From Candidatus Hadarchaeales archaeon (lineage in GTDB: Archaea > Hadarchaeota > Hadarchaeia > Hadarchaeales > WYZ-LMO6), in the NCBI GenBank assembly GCA_038851755.1, contig JAWCKR010000003.1, positions 15,294 through 79,293 on the forward strand: a stretch of 64,000 bases of DNA. The letters run 5' to 3'. This document shows, one piece after another, positions 8,760 through 18,079 of the stretch. A program made the position numbers and the translations under genes. The notes below the pieces were generated by a model. That model saw only the letters and a program-made list of their open reading frames with translations. It was not told the origin of the DNA and searched no databases. How positions within the stretch are numbered: position 1 is the first letter of the stretch; every line of letters starts with the position of its first letter.

Positions 8760-10190
8760 GTGAGGAGTTCGGAGGAGTACCGAGCGGCGCTCCGCCGGAT
8801 GAAGAAGAACGTCTACATAGACGGTAAGCTGGTGGAGAGGGACGATCCCCTCCTCCAGCCCTCCCTGAACGTCCTCTCCAAGAGCTTCGACCTGGTGGAG
8901 GACCCGAACTTCAAGGACCTCCTCGTCACCAGGTCCCACCTGGACGGGAGGCCCATCAACCGCTTCACCCACATCAACCAGAGCGCCGAGGACCTCCTGA
9001 AGAAGCAGGAGCTGATAAGGAAGGCCTGTCACCTCACGGGGGGGTGCATCCAGAGGTGCATGGGCTGCGACGCCATCAACGCCCTCTCCGTGATCACGTA
9101 CGAGACGGACAAGGCCCACGGCACGGACTACCACAGGAGGTTCACGGAGTACCTGAAGTACTTCCAGAAGGAGGACCTCACGGCTGCCATGGCCCAGACG
9201 GACGTGAAGGGGGACAGGAGCCTGAGGCCCCACCAGCAGAAGGACCCCGACCTCTACGTGAGGGTGGTGGAGAGGAGGTCAGACGGGATCGTGGTGAGGG
9301 GGGCCAAGAACCACATCACCATGGCGGCCAACGCCGACGAGATCATCTGTGTGCCCACCAGGGCGATGGGGGAGGAGGATGGGGACTGGGCCGTGGCCTT
9401 CTCCCTCCCCGCCGACACGGAGGGGGTGAAGCTCATCACCCACGTGGCCAACGCCAGGCCCAGGGAGCACCTGAAGGCCCCCATGGGGGAGCTTGGTGCG
9501 GCGGACTCCTTCGTCATCTTCGACGACGTGTTCGTTCCGGAGGACAGGGTGTTCATGTGCGGGGAGTGGGAGTTCGCGGGTCTTCTGGCCCACGCCTCCG
9601 GCGGTCTCTTCCACAGGCACAGCTACTGCGGCTGCAAGCCCGCCCTCACCGACCTGGTGATGGGTTCCGTGGCCCTCACCGCCGACTATCAGGGGATTGC
9701 CAACAAGCCCCACGTGCGCTCCAGGCTGGCCGAGCTGGCCTGCGTGGCGGAGCTGGTCTATGCCGCAGGAATAGCGGCGGCGGTCACCGGTGAGAAGCAC
9801 GCTTCCGGTACCTTCCTGCCCAACATGGTGTACGTGAACATGGGGAGGAGGCACGCCGGGCTCAACGTGTACAAGGAGCTGGAGATCCTCACGGAAATAG
9901 CCGGGGGGCTCCCCGCTACCCTTCCCTTCGAGGGGGACTTCCTCAACCCCGAGACGGGGAAGTACCTGGAGAAGTACATCATGAGGAGAGCAGGGGTGCC
10001 TGCGGAGAACATCCACCGCTGCTTCCGCATGCTCTCCGACATGCTGGCCTCCTCCCTCGGGGGGGTGATGGCCATAGCGGGGGTGCACGGGGGAGGGTCC
10101 CCCATCATGGAGGAAATTTTGATCCTCCTGACCTACGACTTCGACTCCAAGAAGGAACTGGTGAAGTACCTGGCGGGGATAAAGGACTGA
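8760..10190 (+). CDS. abfD: 4-hydroxybutyryl-CoA dehydratase / vinylacetyl-CoA isomerase family (HpaB-like flavoprotein)
   Basis: 476 aa. GGCIQRCMGCD and HRHSYCGCKP segments correspond to the Cys/His [4Fe-4S] ligand positions of AbfD-type dehydratases. Overall acyl-CoA-dehydrogenase/HpaB-like fold signature. Confidence 0.75.
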   Translation: MRSSEEYRAALRRMKKNVYIDGKLVERDDPLLQPSLNVLSKSFDLVEDPNFKDLLVTRSHLDGRPINRFTHINQSAEDLLKKQELIRKACHLTGGCIQRCMGCDAINALSVITYETDKAHGTDYHRRFTEYLKYFQKEDLTAAMAQTDVKGDRSLRPHQQKDPDLYVRVVERRSDGIVVRGAKNHITMAANADEIICVPTRAMGEEDGDWAVAFSLPADTEGVKLITHVANARPREHLKAPMGELGAADSFVIFDDVFVPEDRVFMCGEWEFAGLLAHASGGLFHRHSYCGCKPALTDLVMGSVALTADYQGIANKPHVRSRLAELACVAELVYAAGIAAAVTGEKHASGTFLPNMVYVNMGRRHAGLNVYKELEILTEIAGGLPATLPFEGDFLNPETGKYLEKYIMRRAGVPAENIHRCFRMLSDMLASSLGGVMAIAGVHGGGSPIMEEILILLTYDFDSKKELVKYLAGIKD

Positions 10191-10194
10191 GACT

Positions 10195-10473
10195 ATGGGG
10201 GAGAGAGCGGAGGCTTTAATCAGGATTCCGCTTGCCTTCGTCTACGGTATTATCGCCTGGGCCTGGGGCCTCCTCACGGGCCTGGCGGTGATCGTCCACT
10301 GGTTCCACGCCCTCATCCTGGGCAGGAGGCACAGGGGCATAGCCGAGTTCACCAACCGCTTCATAGCCTACGTCTACGAAGTCTACCGCTACCTTTACAT
10401 GGTGACGAACGAGCGTCCCTGGCCCGTGGGCAAGAGCAGGAAGCCACCGCCCCATCCCGTGAAGATGGAGTAG
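10195..10473 (+). CDS. DUF4389-like small membrane protein
   Basis: 92 aa, two TM helices, 5 nt downstream of abfD. Confidence 0.45.
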   Translation: MGERAEALIRIPLAFVYGIIAWAWGLLTGLAVIVHWFHALILGRRHRGIAEFTNRFIAYVYEVYRYLYMVTNERPWPVGKSRKPPPHPVKME

Positions 10474-10474
10474 G

Positions 10475-11218
10475 CTACTTCTCCCTCCACCTAGAGCCAT
10501 AACGGGCGAGCATCCACAGGATCAGGGCTTCCACGACGAGGGAGATCCAGGCCATCCTCACCAAACCTTGGGAGAGGCGGGTGAGTCCGGTTTCTTGTTG
10601 GAGGATGGTGGCCCCGGCACCCGTGGGCACCAGCAGGGAGAGGGGTCGCAGATTGGGTGAGAGGAGGGTCGCCGGGTAGTAGAGGGGAGGCAGGACGCTG
10701 AAGAGGATGGAGAGGACACCCACCAGCGGCCAAGCGTGCCTGGGCTCCCGGATGAAGGTGGAGAGGGTGAAGCCCAGGGAAGTGAAGGAGATCCAGACCA
10801 GCAGCAGGACGATGGCGAGCACGGGCACCTGCGGGAGGGAGAGGGGACCGGAGAAATAGGAGATGGCGGCGAGCAGGAGGACCCCAGGCAGGGAGTAGAA
10901 CAGGCTCGAGAGGGCCAGCCCGAAGAGGTAGGCGGAGGGGGAGACGGGGGAGGCCACGAACATGTCCTGCACCTTGCAGATGGTCTTGAAGTAAACCACG
11001 TCCCCCAGCACCTCGATGCCCGTGTAGGCGAAGATGCTCAGGAAGCCGCCCAAGACGGCGAAGTCCATCAGCTCCATGGAGTAGAGCCTGAGGAGGAAGA
11101 GGAGGGAGAGGGGGAACATCAGGTAGGAGAGGACCCAGAAGGGGGTGCGCCTGACGGGGATCACCCCGTTCAGCCACCCCAGGACAAGGGAGGCCCTAAG
11201 CTGCCTGCGCAGACTCAT
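10475..11218 (-). CDS. ABC-2 type transporter permease
   Basis: 247 aa, 6 predicted TM helices. Overlaps the ATPase gene by 23 nt. Confidence 0.8.
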   Translation of the reverse strand: MSLRRQLRASLVLGWLNGVIPVRRTPFWVLSYLMFPLSLLFLLRLYSMELMDFAVLGGFLSIFAYTGIEVLGDVVYFKTICKVQDMFVASPVSPSAYLFGLALSSLFYSLPGVLLLAAISYFSGPLSLPQVPVLAIVLLLVWISFTSLGFTLSTFIREPRHAWPLVGVLSILFSVLPPLYYPATLLSPNLRPLSLLVPTGAGATILQQETGLTRLSQGLVRMAWISLVVEALILWMLARYGSRWREK

Positions 11219-12116
11219 CCTCTCCCCCCGCCGTCAGGAGGAAGAAGTCCTCCAGGTTAACGGGCCTGGACCTCACCCGGATTCCCTTCCCGGCGGCTAC
11301 CCTTGCCACCCTCCTCGCACCCTCCCGGTCCGTGTAGAGAAGGACCGAGCCCGAGTGTGGTATGCACTTTCCGTACCGTCCCAGCTCCTCGGGTCCCAGC
11401 TCCCCCTCCACCTCCACCCTCACCTCCGCTCCCACCCTCTGGACCAGCTCCTCCGCCCTCCCCTTCGCCAGGATCCTGCCCCGGTGGATGAGGAAGACCT
11501 CGTCGCTGAGGGCCTCCGCCTCCTCCATGTTCTGGGTGGTCAGGAAGATGGTCCTACCCTCCCCGCGGAGTTCCCTCAGGAGCTTCCACACCTCCCCCCT
11601 GCTGGGCAAATCCAGGCCGGTGGTGGGCTCGTCCAGGAAGAGGATTTCGGCGCTCGTGGCAAGGACCATGCCCAGCAGGAGCTTCCGCTGCATGCCTCCC
11701 GAGAGCTCGGAGGCCAGGGTCCGCTTCCTCCCTTCCAGCCCGACCACCCTCAGGACCTCCTCCGCCCTCCCCCTCGCCTCCGAGGAGCCCATGCCCCTCA
11801 TGAGCAGGTAGCCGTACACGTGCTCCCACACGTTCAGGAAGCCCACTGGCTCCGCCTCCTGGGGGATGCAGGCGATCCTTTCCCTGATTTTTTCGGGCTC
11901 CTTCACCACATCGTATCCCAGTACGCTGGCTCTGCCCGAGGTGGGCATCAGCTGGGTGGCCAGAATGCGCACGAGGGTGGTCTTGCCCGCCCCGTTCCTG
12001 CCGAGGAGACTGACGATCCTTCCTCTGCGGATCCTCAGGGAGACCCGGTCGAGGGCCAGGGTGTCTCCCCTGTACCTCTTGGAAAGGTTCAGGGCTCTTA
12101 CCGCGTCCATCACCAC
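11196..12116 (-). CDS. ABC transporter ATP-binding protein
   Basis: Walker A GRNGAGKTT, signature LSGGMQRKL, Walker B LFLDEPTTGLD. Confidence 0.9.
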   Translation of the reverse strand: MVMDAVRALNLSKRYRGDTLALDRVSLRIRRGRIVSLLGRNGAGKTTLVRILATQLMPTSGRASVLGYDVVKEPEKIRERIACIPQEAEPVGFLNVWEHVYGYLLMRGMGSSEARGRAEEVLRVVGLEGRKRTLASELSGGMQRKLLLGMVLATSAEILFLDEPTTGLDLPSRGEVWKLLRELRGEGRTIFLTTQNMEEAEALSDEVFLIHRGRILAKGRAEELVQRVGAEVRVEVEGELGPEELGRYGKCIPHSGSVLLYTDREGARRVARVAAGKGIRVRSRPVNLEDFFLLTAGGEDESAQAA

Positions 12117-12153
12117 CTACCGGGGGTGGGAGTTAAAGCCTTTGAACCCGGAC

Positions 12154-12230
12154 TGGTGCGGCAGGCGGGATTCGAACCCGCGCTACAGGCTCGGCAAGCC
12201 TGTGTCCTGACCAGGCTAGACTACTGCCGC
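12154..12230 (-). tRNA. tRNA-Gly (GCC), CCA encoded
   Basis: Hand-folded: acceptor GCGGCAG/CTGCCGC, D-arm GTCT..GGAC, anticodon stem CAGGC/GCCTG with loop TTGCCGA, T-arm GCGGG-TTCGAAT-CCCGC, discriminator A, CCA. BRE/TATA (TTAAATAT) 22-30 nt upstream. Confidence 0.85.
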
Positions 12231-12247
12231 ACCATAGGAATCTCCTG

Positions 12248-12268
12248 TGGGGGATATTTAAGCCGGAG
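12248..12268 (-). promoter_or_regulatory. Archaeal TATA/BRE promoter of tRNA-Gly
   Basis: Minus-strand GGCTTAAATATCCC about 25 nt upstream of the tRNA 5' end. Confidence 0.55.
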
Positions 12269-12314
12269 GGGGAAGTGGATTTAAACAGGGGAGGAGAGGT
12301 AGGAAGGGGAGCAC

Positions 12315-12890
12315 TTGACCTCGCTGGAACTCCTGCTGGCGGCGATAGTGGTGGTGGTGCTGGGCTGGATCTTCCTGCCCGGCTGGAAGGTTCTGGAGGG
12401 TAGGAGACTGGCTGTGAAGGTGAACAGGCTGGAGGGGGAGCTCAGGAAGCTTCAGCAGGAGAACCTCCGGCTAAGGGAAGAGATCATGAGGAGGCCGGAG
12501 CACGAGAAGATGGAGGTGGGAAAGGTCTCCTCTCTGGTGAGGGATTTGGAGGCCCTCCGGAGCGCCATAGCGGGTGCGAAGGTGAGTTTGGATAGGCTTC
12601 ACAAGAAGTACGGGTTGGGCCCCAGCCCAGAGCTCCTCACCAAGATCCTCCAGTCCCAGCCGGAACTGAGCTGGGCCATGAGGGAGAGGCTTGCCCAGGA
12701 CATCCTGGTGGGTGAGGTGGGTCGGGCGGTCCTGAGGGCCCTTGCTTCCTCGCCTTCTTTGGACCAGGCCTCGGCCAGCTCCGGCGTTCCCCTGGCGGTG
12801 GTGAAGAGCGAGGTGAGGAGGCTCCAGACCCTCGGCTACCTGGACGACCGGCTGGGCCTCACCCAGCTGGGGAAGATGAGCCTCGGCTGA
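12315..12890 (+). CDS. Hypothetical membrane-anchored coiled-coil protein with C-terminal winged-helix-like domain
   Basis: 191 aa, TTG start. N-terminal TM helix LELLLAAIVVVVLGWIF, central heptad-rich segment, C-terminal LAVVKSEVRRLQTLGYLDDRLGLTQLG resembling MarR/TrmB-type wHTH. TATA-like ATTTAAAC about 30 nt upstream. Confidence 0.5.
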   Translation: MTSLELLLAAIVVVVLGWIFLPGWKVLEGRRLAVKVNRLEGELRKLQQENLRLREEIMRRPEHEKMEVGKVSSLVRDLEALRSAIAGAKVSLDRLHKKYGLGPSPELLTKILQSQPELSWAMRERLAQDILVGEVGRAVLRALASSPSLDQASASSGVPLAVVKSEVRRLQTLGYLDDRLGLTQLGKMSLG

Positions 12891-12892
12891 GA

Positions 12893-14146
12893 TCAGAGCA
12901 CCTTCGAGGCGGCCCTCTTCACCCTTTCCGCGAATTTGGGGAGGGTGAGCACCCTCATCAGGTACCTGGGAGTGGCACCTTCCCTGAGAGCGCTTGCTAG
13001 CGGGGAGATCTCGGAGAGCCTGGTCCTCCCCTTCTCCATGAGGACGGGGATTTCCACCTCGCCTATCCTGGGCTCCGAGAGGAAGAGGTCCACCAGGGGC
13101 ACATCCAGGAGAACGTAGCCCTGGGGAACCCCCGCCCTGTCGGCTATTTCGTCTTGGAGTTCCAGGAGGGAGTCCCAGCCCCCGAACCTCCTCAGGAGGA
13201 GCTTCTTCTCCCGGTCCCCCAGCCTCTTCCTCGGCTCCTCGTGGGCAGGTTTGAGGAGCTGGCGGTACTTCAGCCTCAGCACCATCTCCTCGCCATATCC
13301 TCCCATCCTCCTCAGCTCCTCCAGCAGCTCTCCATCCGTTTTGGCGTAGAGCTCCATGGGTGACTTACCCCTCCCGATGGACCACTCCACAGCGTTGGCG
13401 AGCATCAGCTCCGCAGCTCTGACGGTGGGGTGGAAGTAGACGGAGGAGTACATCAGGGACCTGGCGGTCAGCATGCCCTCCACGGCCTCCATTCCCTTGT
13501 TCAGGATCATGAGGCGGTTGCTCCTGATGACCAGCGTGCTGAGAAGCCTTTCCACGTCTATCATCCCCAGGGCCACGCCCGTGAAGTGGGCGTCCCTCAG
13601 CAGGAAATCCATCTGGTCCAGGTCCACCTCGCTCGCCAGCAGCTCTGCCAGGTACCTCTTGCGGTGCCTTCCCCTCATCAGGGAGGCCACTTCGTCGGGG
13701 TCTATCCCCCACCTCTCCAGCTTCTCCGGGATCCCCTCCATCCGCAGGGGTTTCTTTTTGTCCTCCTGCAGAGAGGCCCTCCCCCTCACCACTTCACAGC
13801 CCACCTGCACGTGGTCCTTCCCCACGTGTTTCAACATCAGGGCTTCCAGCGTGTGGGAGAAAGGGGGGTGCCCCACGTCGTGCAGGAGGGCGGCAGCGCC
13901 CAAGAGGAGGACTTCCTCTTTCTCCAGGCCCCTCATCCCGCTGTACTTTCTGACCAGGTGGAGCACACCCAGGGAATGTTCGAACCTGGAGTGATTACCC
14001 CCTGGGAAAACCAGGTGGGCCATCCCCAGCTGCCTGATGCCCCTGAGTCTCTGCACCTCCGGGGCCTCCAGCAGGTCCAGGAAGGGACCATCCAGCTTCA
14101 GACCCCCATGGATGGGGTCGTGGATGGTCTTTTCGTCCCTACCCAC
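12893..14146 (-). CDS. HD-domain phosphohydrolase (dNTP triphosphohydrolase-like)
   Basis: 417 aa. H..HSLGV, LLHDVGHPPFSH (HD motif), downstream D ligands. Confidence 0.85.
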   Translation of the reverse strand: MGRDEKTIHDPIHGGLKLDGPFLDLLEAPEVQRLRGIRQLGMAHLVFPGGNHSRFEHSLGVLHLVRKYSGMRGLEKEEVLLLGAAALLHDVGHPPFSHTLEALMLKHVGKDHVQVGCEVVRGRASLQEDKKKPLRMEGIPEKLERWGIDPDEVASLMRGRHRKRYLAELLASEVDLDQMDFLLRDAHFTGVALGMIDVERLLSTLVIRSNRLMILNKGMEAVEGMLTARSLMYSSVYFHPTVRAAELMLANAVEWSIGRGKSPMELYAKTDGELLEELRRMGGYGEEMVLRLKYRQLLKPAHEEPRKRLGDREKKLLLRRFGGWDSLLELQDEIADRAGVPQGYVLLDVPLVDLFLSEPRIGEVEIPVLMEKGRTRLSEISPLASALREGATPRYLMRVLTLPKFAERVKRAASKVL

Positions 14147-14612
14147 CGGCCTCCTCCTCCAAGAGGTGGACGAGGGGGGCGTCGGGATCGTTCTTCACGG
14201 TGCTGTGCACGATGAAGGTCTCTGTTTCTCTCACCCCTCTGAGCTCATGGATTCTCTCGACCACCTCCTTGAGCTCTTCGGGGTTCTTCACCATCACCAC
14301 CATCACGGCGCTGTATCTCCCGAAGATTCTGTGGAATTCGCTTACGTGCGGTATTCCCAGGATGACTTGCTCGTTCCTCCTCCTCACCTCCTCCTGTGGG
14401 TCCTCGTTGATGAAGACGTAGGCTTTGGTCTCCAGACCCAGCTTGGAGGGATCCACCCTCACGGTGAAGGACACTCCCTTTTTCTTCAGCTCCTCGATTT
14501 TCTTCGAGGCCGTCTGGCGGGAAATCCCCACCTTCTTCGCCAGCTTGCTCACGGGGAGGGAGCTGTCTTTTAGGAGCTCCAGCAGCAAGCGCTTCTCCGG
14601 CTCTTTCATCAT
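14139..14612 (-). CDS. lrp: Lrp/AsnC family transcriptional regulator
   Basis: 157 aa. N-terminal HTH (SKLAKKVGISRQTASKKIEEL) plus C-terminal RAM domain. Overlaps the HD gene by 8 nt. Confidence 0.9.
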   Translation of the reverse strand: MMKEPEKRLLLELLKDSSLPVSKLAKKVGISRQTASKKIEELKKKGVSFTVRVDPSKLGLETKAYVFINEDPQEEVRRRNEQVILGIPHVSEFHRIFGRYSAVMVVMVKNPEELKEVVERIHELRGVRETETFIVHSTVKNDPDAPLVHLLEEEAGG

Positions 14613-14699
14613 TGGGAGGTGGGAGGTTCTCCTTTTTACATTTTGTTAATTAGAAAGGAAGGAGTCCTCACGTGCCTGGGCTGGCCCTCCCTCCCCAAA

Positions 14700-14720
14700 G
14701 GGCAGAATATATGGGGTATA
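14700..14720 (+). promoter_or_regulatory. Putative TATA box/promoter for the rnf operon (divergent from lrp)
   Basis: GCAGAATATATGGGG about 25-50 nt upstream of candidate rnfC starts. A TTTTTACATTTTGTTAATTAG AT-rich block on the lrp side of the 130-bp divergent intergenic region. Confidence 0.45.
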
Positions 14721-14742
14721 GACAGGTAAGAAAGTCTTTTTT

Positions 14743-16053
14743 ATGAGGGGCTCGAAGTTTTCCTGTTCCATGTCAGGGTTCAGGGGAGGAGTCCATCCGG
14801 GGGGCCTGAAGCTCACTGGGCTCAAGAGGATAGAGGCTCCACCCCTTCCACCCCGCGTGGTGATTCCCCTCCGGCAACACCTGGGGGCCCCCTGCGATCC
14901 CCTGGTGGAGAAGGGGGCTCAGGTGAAGACCGGGCAGAAGATAGGGGAGTCGAAGGCCCCTGTTTCCGCCCCCGTACACGCTTCGGTTTCCGGCACGGTG
15001 GTGGAGCTCTCCCCCCGGAGGCTGCCCACGGGCGACAAAGCCCTTTCCGTGGTGATAGACTCCGACGGTAAGGACGAATGGGTGAGGATGCCTCCCCTCG
15101 ACCCTGAGAAGGCCTCTAGGGAGGAGCTGTTACAGAGGGTGAGAGAGGCCGGGATTGTGGGAATGGGCGGGGCGGGTTTCCCCACCCACATCAAGCTCAA
15201 CCCGCCCAAGAAGGTGGACACCCTTCTGATCAACGGGGTGGAGTGCGAGCCCTACATCACCTCCGACCATCGTCTGATGCTCGAGGAGGGGGAGAAGATT
15301 GTGGAGGGGGCCAAAATCATGGCAAAGATGCTGGGGGTGGAGAGGGTCCTCATAGCCATCGAGGACAACAAACCGGATGCCCTAGAGCACATGAAAAAGC
15401 TGAGCGAGGGTTGGGGGGAGGTGGTGAAGCTGCGGACCAAGTATCCCCAGGGAGATGAGAGACACCTCCTGAAAGCTGTGCTCGGGAGGGAGGTGCCTGC
15501 GGGTGGTCTGCCCCTGGACGTGGGGGCCGTGGTCCAGAATGTGGCCACCTCGAAGGCCGTCTACGACGCCGTGCGACTGGGGATTCCGCTCGTGGAGAGG
15601 ATAGTCACCGTCACAGGGGCGGTGGCGGAGCCCAAGAACCTCAGGGTGAGGGTGGGGACCCCCTTCACCTATCTCCTGCAGCATTGCGGGGGGGTGGTGG
15701 GGAAGGTGGTGAAGGTGGTGGCGGGAGGTCCCATGATGGGCTTTGCCGTCCACGAGGAGGTGCCCGTGGTGAAGACCACAGGCTGCGTGCTGTTGATGGA
15801 GGAAAGGGAGGTGAGGGAAGAAGAGGAGAGTCCCTGCATCAGGTGCGGGAGATGCGTGGACGCCTGCCCTATGGGCCTCATGCCCACCCATCTCGTGAAG
15901 CTGGTGAGGGCCAAAGACTTCGACGCCTGCCTGCAGTACAACCTTCCCAGCTGTGATGAGTGCGGGTGCTGTGCTTATGTCTGTCCCTCCAAAATCCCCA
16001 TCGTGCACGTGATAAGGGAGGGGAAGAAAGGGATCAGGAGGCTGAAGAAATGA
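14743..16053 (+). CDS. rnfC: Rnf electron-transport complex subunit C
   Basis: 436 aa. GGAGFPTHIKL NADH-binding region. Two 4Fe-4S motifs: CIRCGRCVDACP and CDECGCCAYVCP. Likely true start Met10 (position 14770; MSGFRGGVHP...). Confidence 0.9.
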   Translation: MRGSKFSCSMSGFRGGVHPGGLKLTGLKRIEAPPLPPRVVIPLRQHLGAPCDPLVEKGAQVKTGQKIGESKAPVSAPVHASVSGTVVELSPRRLPTGDKALSVVIDSDGKDEWVRMPPLDPEKASREELLQRVREAGIVGMGGAGFPTHIKLNPPKKVDTLLINGVECEPYITSDHRLMLEEGEKIVEGAKIMAKMLGVERVLIAIEDNKPDALEHMKKLSEGWGEVVKLRTKYPQGDERHLLKAVLGREVPAGGLPLDVGAVVQNVATSKAVYDAVRLGIPLVERIVTVTGAVAEPKNLRVRVGTPFTYLLQHCGGVVGKVVKVVAGGPMMGFAVHEEVPVVKTTGCVLLMEEREVREEEESPCIRCGRCVDACPMGLMPTHLVKLVRAKDFDACLQYNLPSCDECGCCAYVCPSKIPIVHVIREGKKGIRRLKK

Positions 16054-16991
16054 TACCTGATACCAGGCTGAAGGTTTCGCCCAGCCCCCATCTCAAGGAC
16101 AGGGTTTCGGTGAGGCTGATCATGTTTACGGTGGTGGTGGCCCTCCTGCCGGCCGCCGCCTGCGGCGTGTACCTCTTCGGCCTCCACGCCCTCTGGGTGA
16201 TTCTGGCCTCCGTGGCCTCCGCCCTGCTCTCCGAATTCGTGGGGTACAGGGCCATGGGTAAGAAGTTCACCATGGACGGAAGCGCGGTGATCACGGGGCT
16301 CCTCCTGGCCCTTTGCCTTCCACCCTCCGTCCCCCTCTGGATGCCCGTGGTGGGTTCCTCCTTCGCCATCCTGGTGGGGAAGTGCGCCTTCGGAGGTCTG
16401 GGCCAGAACATCTTCAACCCCGCCCTCGTGGGAAGGGCTTTCCTCTCCCTCAGCTGGCCCGCCCTCATGACGACCTGGATCTCCCCCTTCGAGGGGGTGA
16501 GCACGGCTACCCCTCTAGGCACCTGGAAGGCCGGCGGAGGTTATGCCTCTCACTCCGAGCTCTTCCTGGGGAACGTGGCGGGGTGCATAGGGGAGACCTC
16601 GGCCTTGGCCATCCTGCTGGGTGGAATGTTGTTGATAGCCCTCAAGTACATCGACTGGAAGACCCCCCTCTCCTACATAGGCACGGTGGGTTTGCTCATG
16701 TTCCTGCTGGGTGAGGACCCCCTCTTCCACATGCTCGCGGGGGGCCTTTTCCTGGGGGCCTTCTTCATGGCCACCGACTACGTCACCACCCCCCTCACGG
16801 GCAAGGGCAGGGTGATCTTTGGTCTCGGGGCGGGTCTCCTGGTGGTGGTGATAAGGATGTACGGGGGGATGCCGGAGGGGGTCACCTACTCCATCCTGAT
16901 CATGAACGCCTTCACCCCCCTCATAGATAGGTACACCAGACCCAGGGTGTACGGGACGGTGAGGAAGAAATGGTGGGAAAGAAAGAAGTGA
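16050..16991 (+). CDS. rnfD: Rnf complex subunit D
   Basis: Polytopic membrane protein. ATG at 16050 overlaps the rnfC stop (ATGA). NqrB/RnfD-like; FMN-attachment Thr expected near the C-terminus. Confidence 0.9.
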   Translation: MIPDTRLKVSPSPHLKDRVSVRLIMFTVVVALLPAAACGVYLFGLHALWVILASVASALLSEFVGYRAMGKKFTMDGSAVITGLLLALCLPPSVPLWMPVVGSSFAILVGKCAFGGLGQNIFNPALVGRAFLSLSWPALMTTWISPFEGVSTATPLGTWKAGGGYASHSELFLGNVAGCIGETSALAILLGGMLLIALKYIDWKTPLSYIGTVGLLMFLLGEDPLFHMLAGGLFLGAFFMATDYVTTPLTGKGRVIFGLGAGLLVVVIRMYGGMPEGVTYSILIMNAFTPLIDRYTRPRVYGTVRKKWWERKK

Positions 16992-17488
16992 AGCCGGTGG
17001 CGGTGCTGGTGATCACCTGCGTGGTCTGGGGAGCCCTCCTGGGCTTCATCCACGGCGCCACGGAGGAAAAGATAGAGGAAGCGGAGAGGACCGAGCTCTA
17101 CCGCACTCTCTCAGAAATTTTTCCCGGCGCTCAGTTCAGTGAGGAGGATGGCCACTACGCTTGCTTGGAGAACGGTGGGGTGGTGGGGTATGCCACGGTG
17201 GTGGAGGAGAGGGGATTCGGCGGGAAGATGAAGGTGGTGGTAGGGATCTCTAAGGAGGGAACGGTGGTGGGGGTCAGGGTGGTCTCCCACAGCGAGACCC
17301 CTGGTCTGGGATCCAAGATAACAGAGGAGGAGTTCTTGGCCCAGTTCGGGGGGAAGAGACTGGAGGAGATACTCCTTAAGAAGGATGGGGGAGAGATAGA
17401 AGGGGTCACGGGGGCCACCATAAGCTCCCGGGCGGTGGTGAGGGCCGTGAGGTCGGGTCTGGAGAACCTGCTGGGGTGGATGGGGTGA
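16970..17488 (+). CDS. rnfG: Rnf complex subunit G (FMN-binding)
   Basis: 172 aa. N-terminal TM anchor, FMN_bind-like SHSETPGLG... and GATISSRAV flavinylation-site-like motif. Confidence 0.85.
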   Translation: MVGKKEVKPVAVLVITCVVWGALLGFIHGATEEKIEEAERTELYRTLSEIFPGAQFSEEDGHYACLENGGVVGYATVVEERGFGGKMKVVVGISKEGTVVGVRVVSHSETPGLGSKITEEEFLAQFGGKRLEEILLKKDGGEIEGVTGATISSRAVVRAVRSGLENLLGWMG

Positions 17489-18078
17489 AGGTTCAGGAGT
17501 TCACGAAGGGAATCCTGAGGAAGAACCCGGTGCTGGGACTCATCCTGGGACTGTGTCCTGTCCTCGCCATCACCACGAAGGTGGAGAACGCGCTGGGTAT
17601 GTCCGTTGCCTTCACCTTCGTGATTGTCCTCTCCAATCTCCTCATTTCTCTCCTCAAAAGGTTCATCCCCAGGGACGTGAGGATTCCCACCTTCATCGTT
17701 ATCATAGCAAGCTTTGTGACCATCGTGGAGATGCTGATCCACGGCTACTCCCCTCCCCTCTACGAGCAGCTGGGGATCTTCCTCCCCCTCATCACGGTGA
17801 ACTGCATCGTGCTCGGCAGGGCAGAGGCCTTCGCCTCCAAGCGCCCGGTCTCGGAGACCCTGCTGGACACCCTGGGGATGAGCGTGGGGTTCTCCCTCTC
17901 CATCATCGTCATCTCCTCCCTGAGGGAGCTTTTCGGGACAGGCAAGATCGTGGTCTTCGGGCACCAGCTGGTTCCAGGCCTCCTCTCCTCCCCGGCCACA
18001 GGCATGATCCTGCCGCCTGGGGCCTTCCTGGTGATGGGCATCTTGCTCGCCGTGATGAAGAAGGCGAGGGTGGTGTGA
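17476..18078 (+). CDS. rnfE: Rnf complex subunit E
   Basis: 200 aa, 6 TM, NqrD/RnfE family (GLCPVLA...LPLITVNCIVLG). Confidence 0.9.
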   Translation: MDGVKVQEFTKGILRKNPVLGLILGLCPVLAITTKVENALGMSVAFTFVIVLSNLLISLLKRFIPRDVRIPTFIVIIASFVTIVEMLIHGYSPPLYEQLGIFLPLITVNCIVLGRAEAFASKRPVSETLLDTLGMSVGFSLSIIVISSLRELFGTGKIVVFGHQLVPGLLSSPATGMILPPGAFLVMGILLAVMKKARVV

Positions 18079-18079
18079 G

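Noticed and set aside
7779-9233. Upstream 485 codons of the 600-aa minus-strand ORF 7431..9233, plus similar long ORFs such as 9279..10088(-), 20210..21304(+), 20310..21359(-), 27295..28176(-), 29526..30968(+), 44156..45442(+), 55375..56457(-), 4553..6229(+)
   Set aside because: Gly/Pro/Arg/Glu-rich, no hydrophobic cores. They lie antisense to, or overlap, well-supported genes (nep1, abfD, apbE, alaS, aCPSF1, MFS, ftsY/pfdA/eif6). Typical stop-poor antisense frames in about 65% GC DNA.
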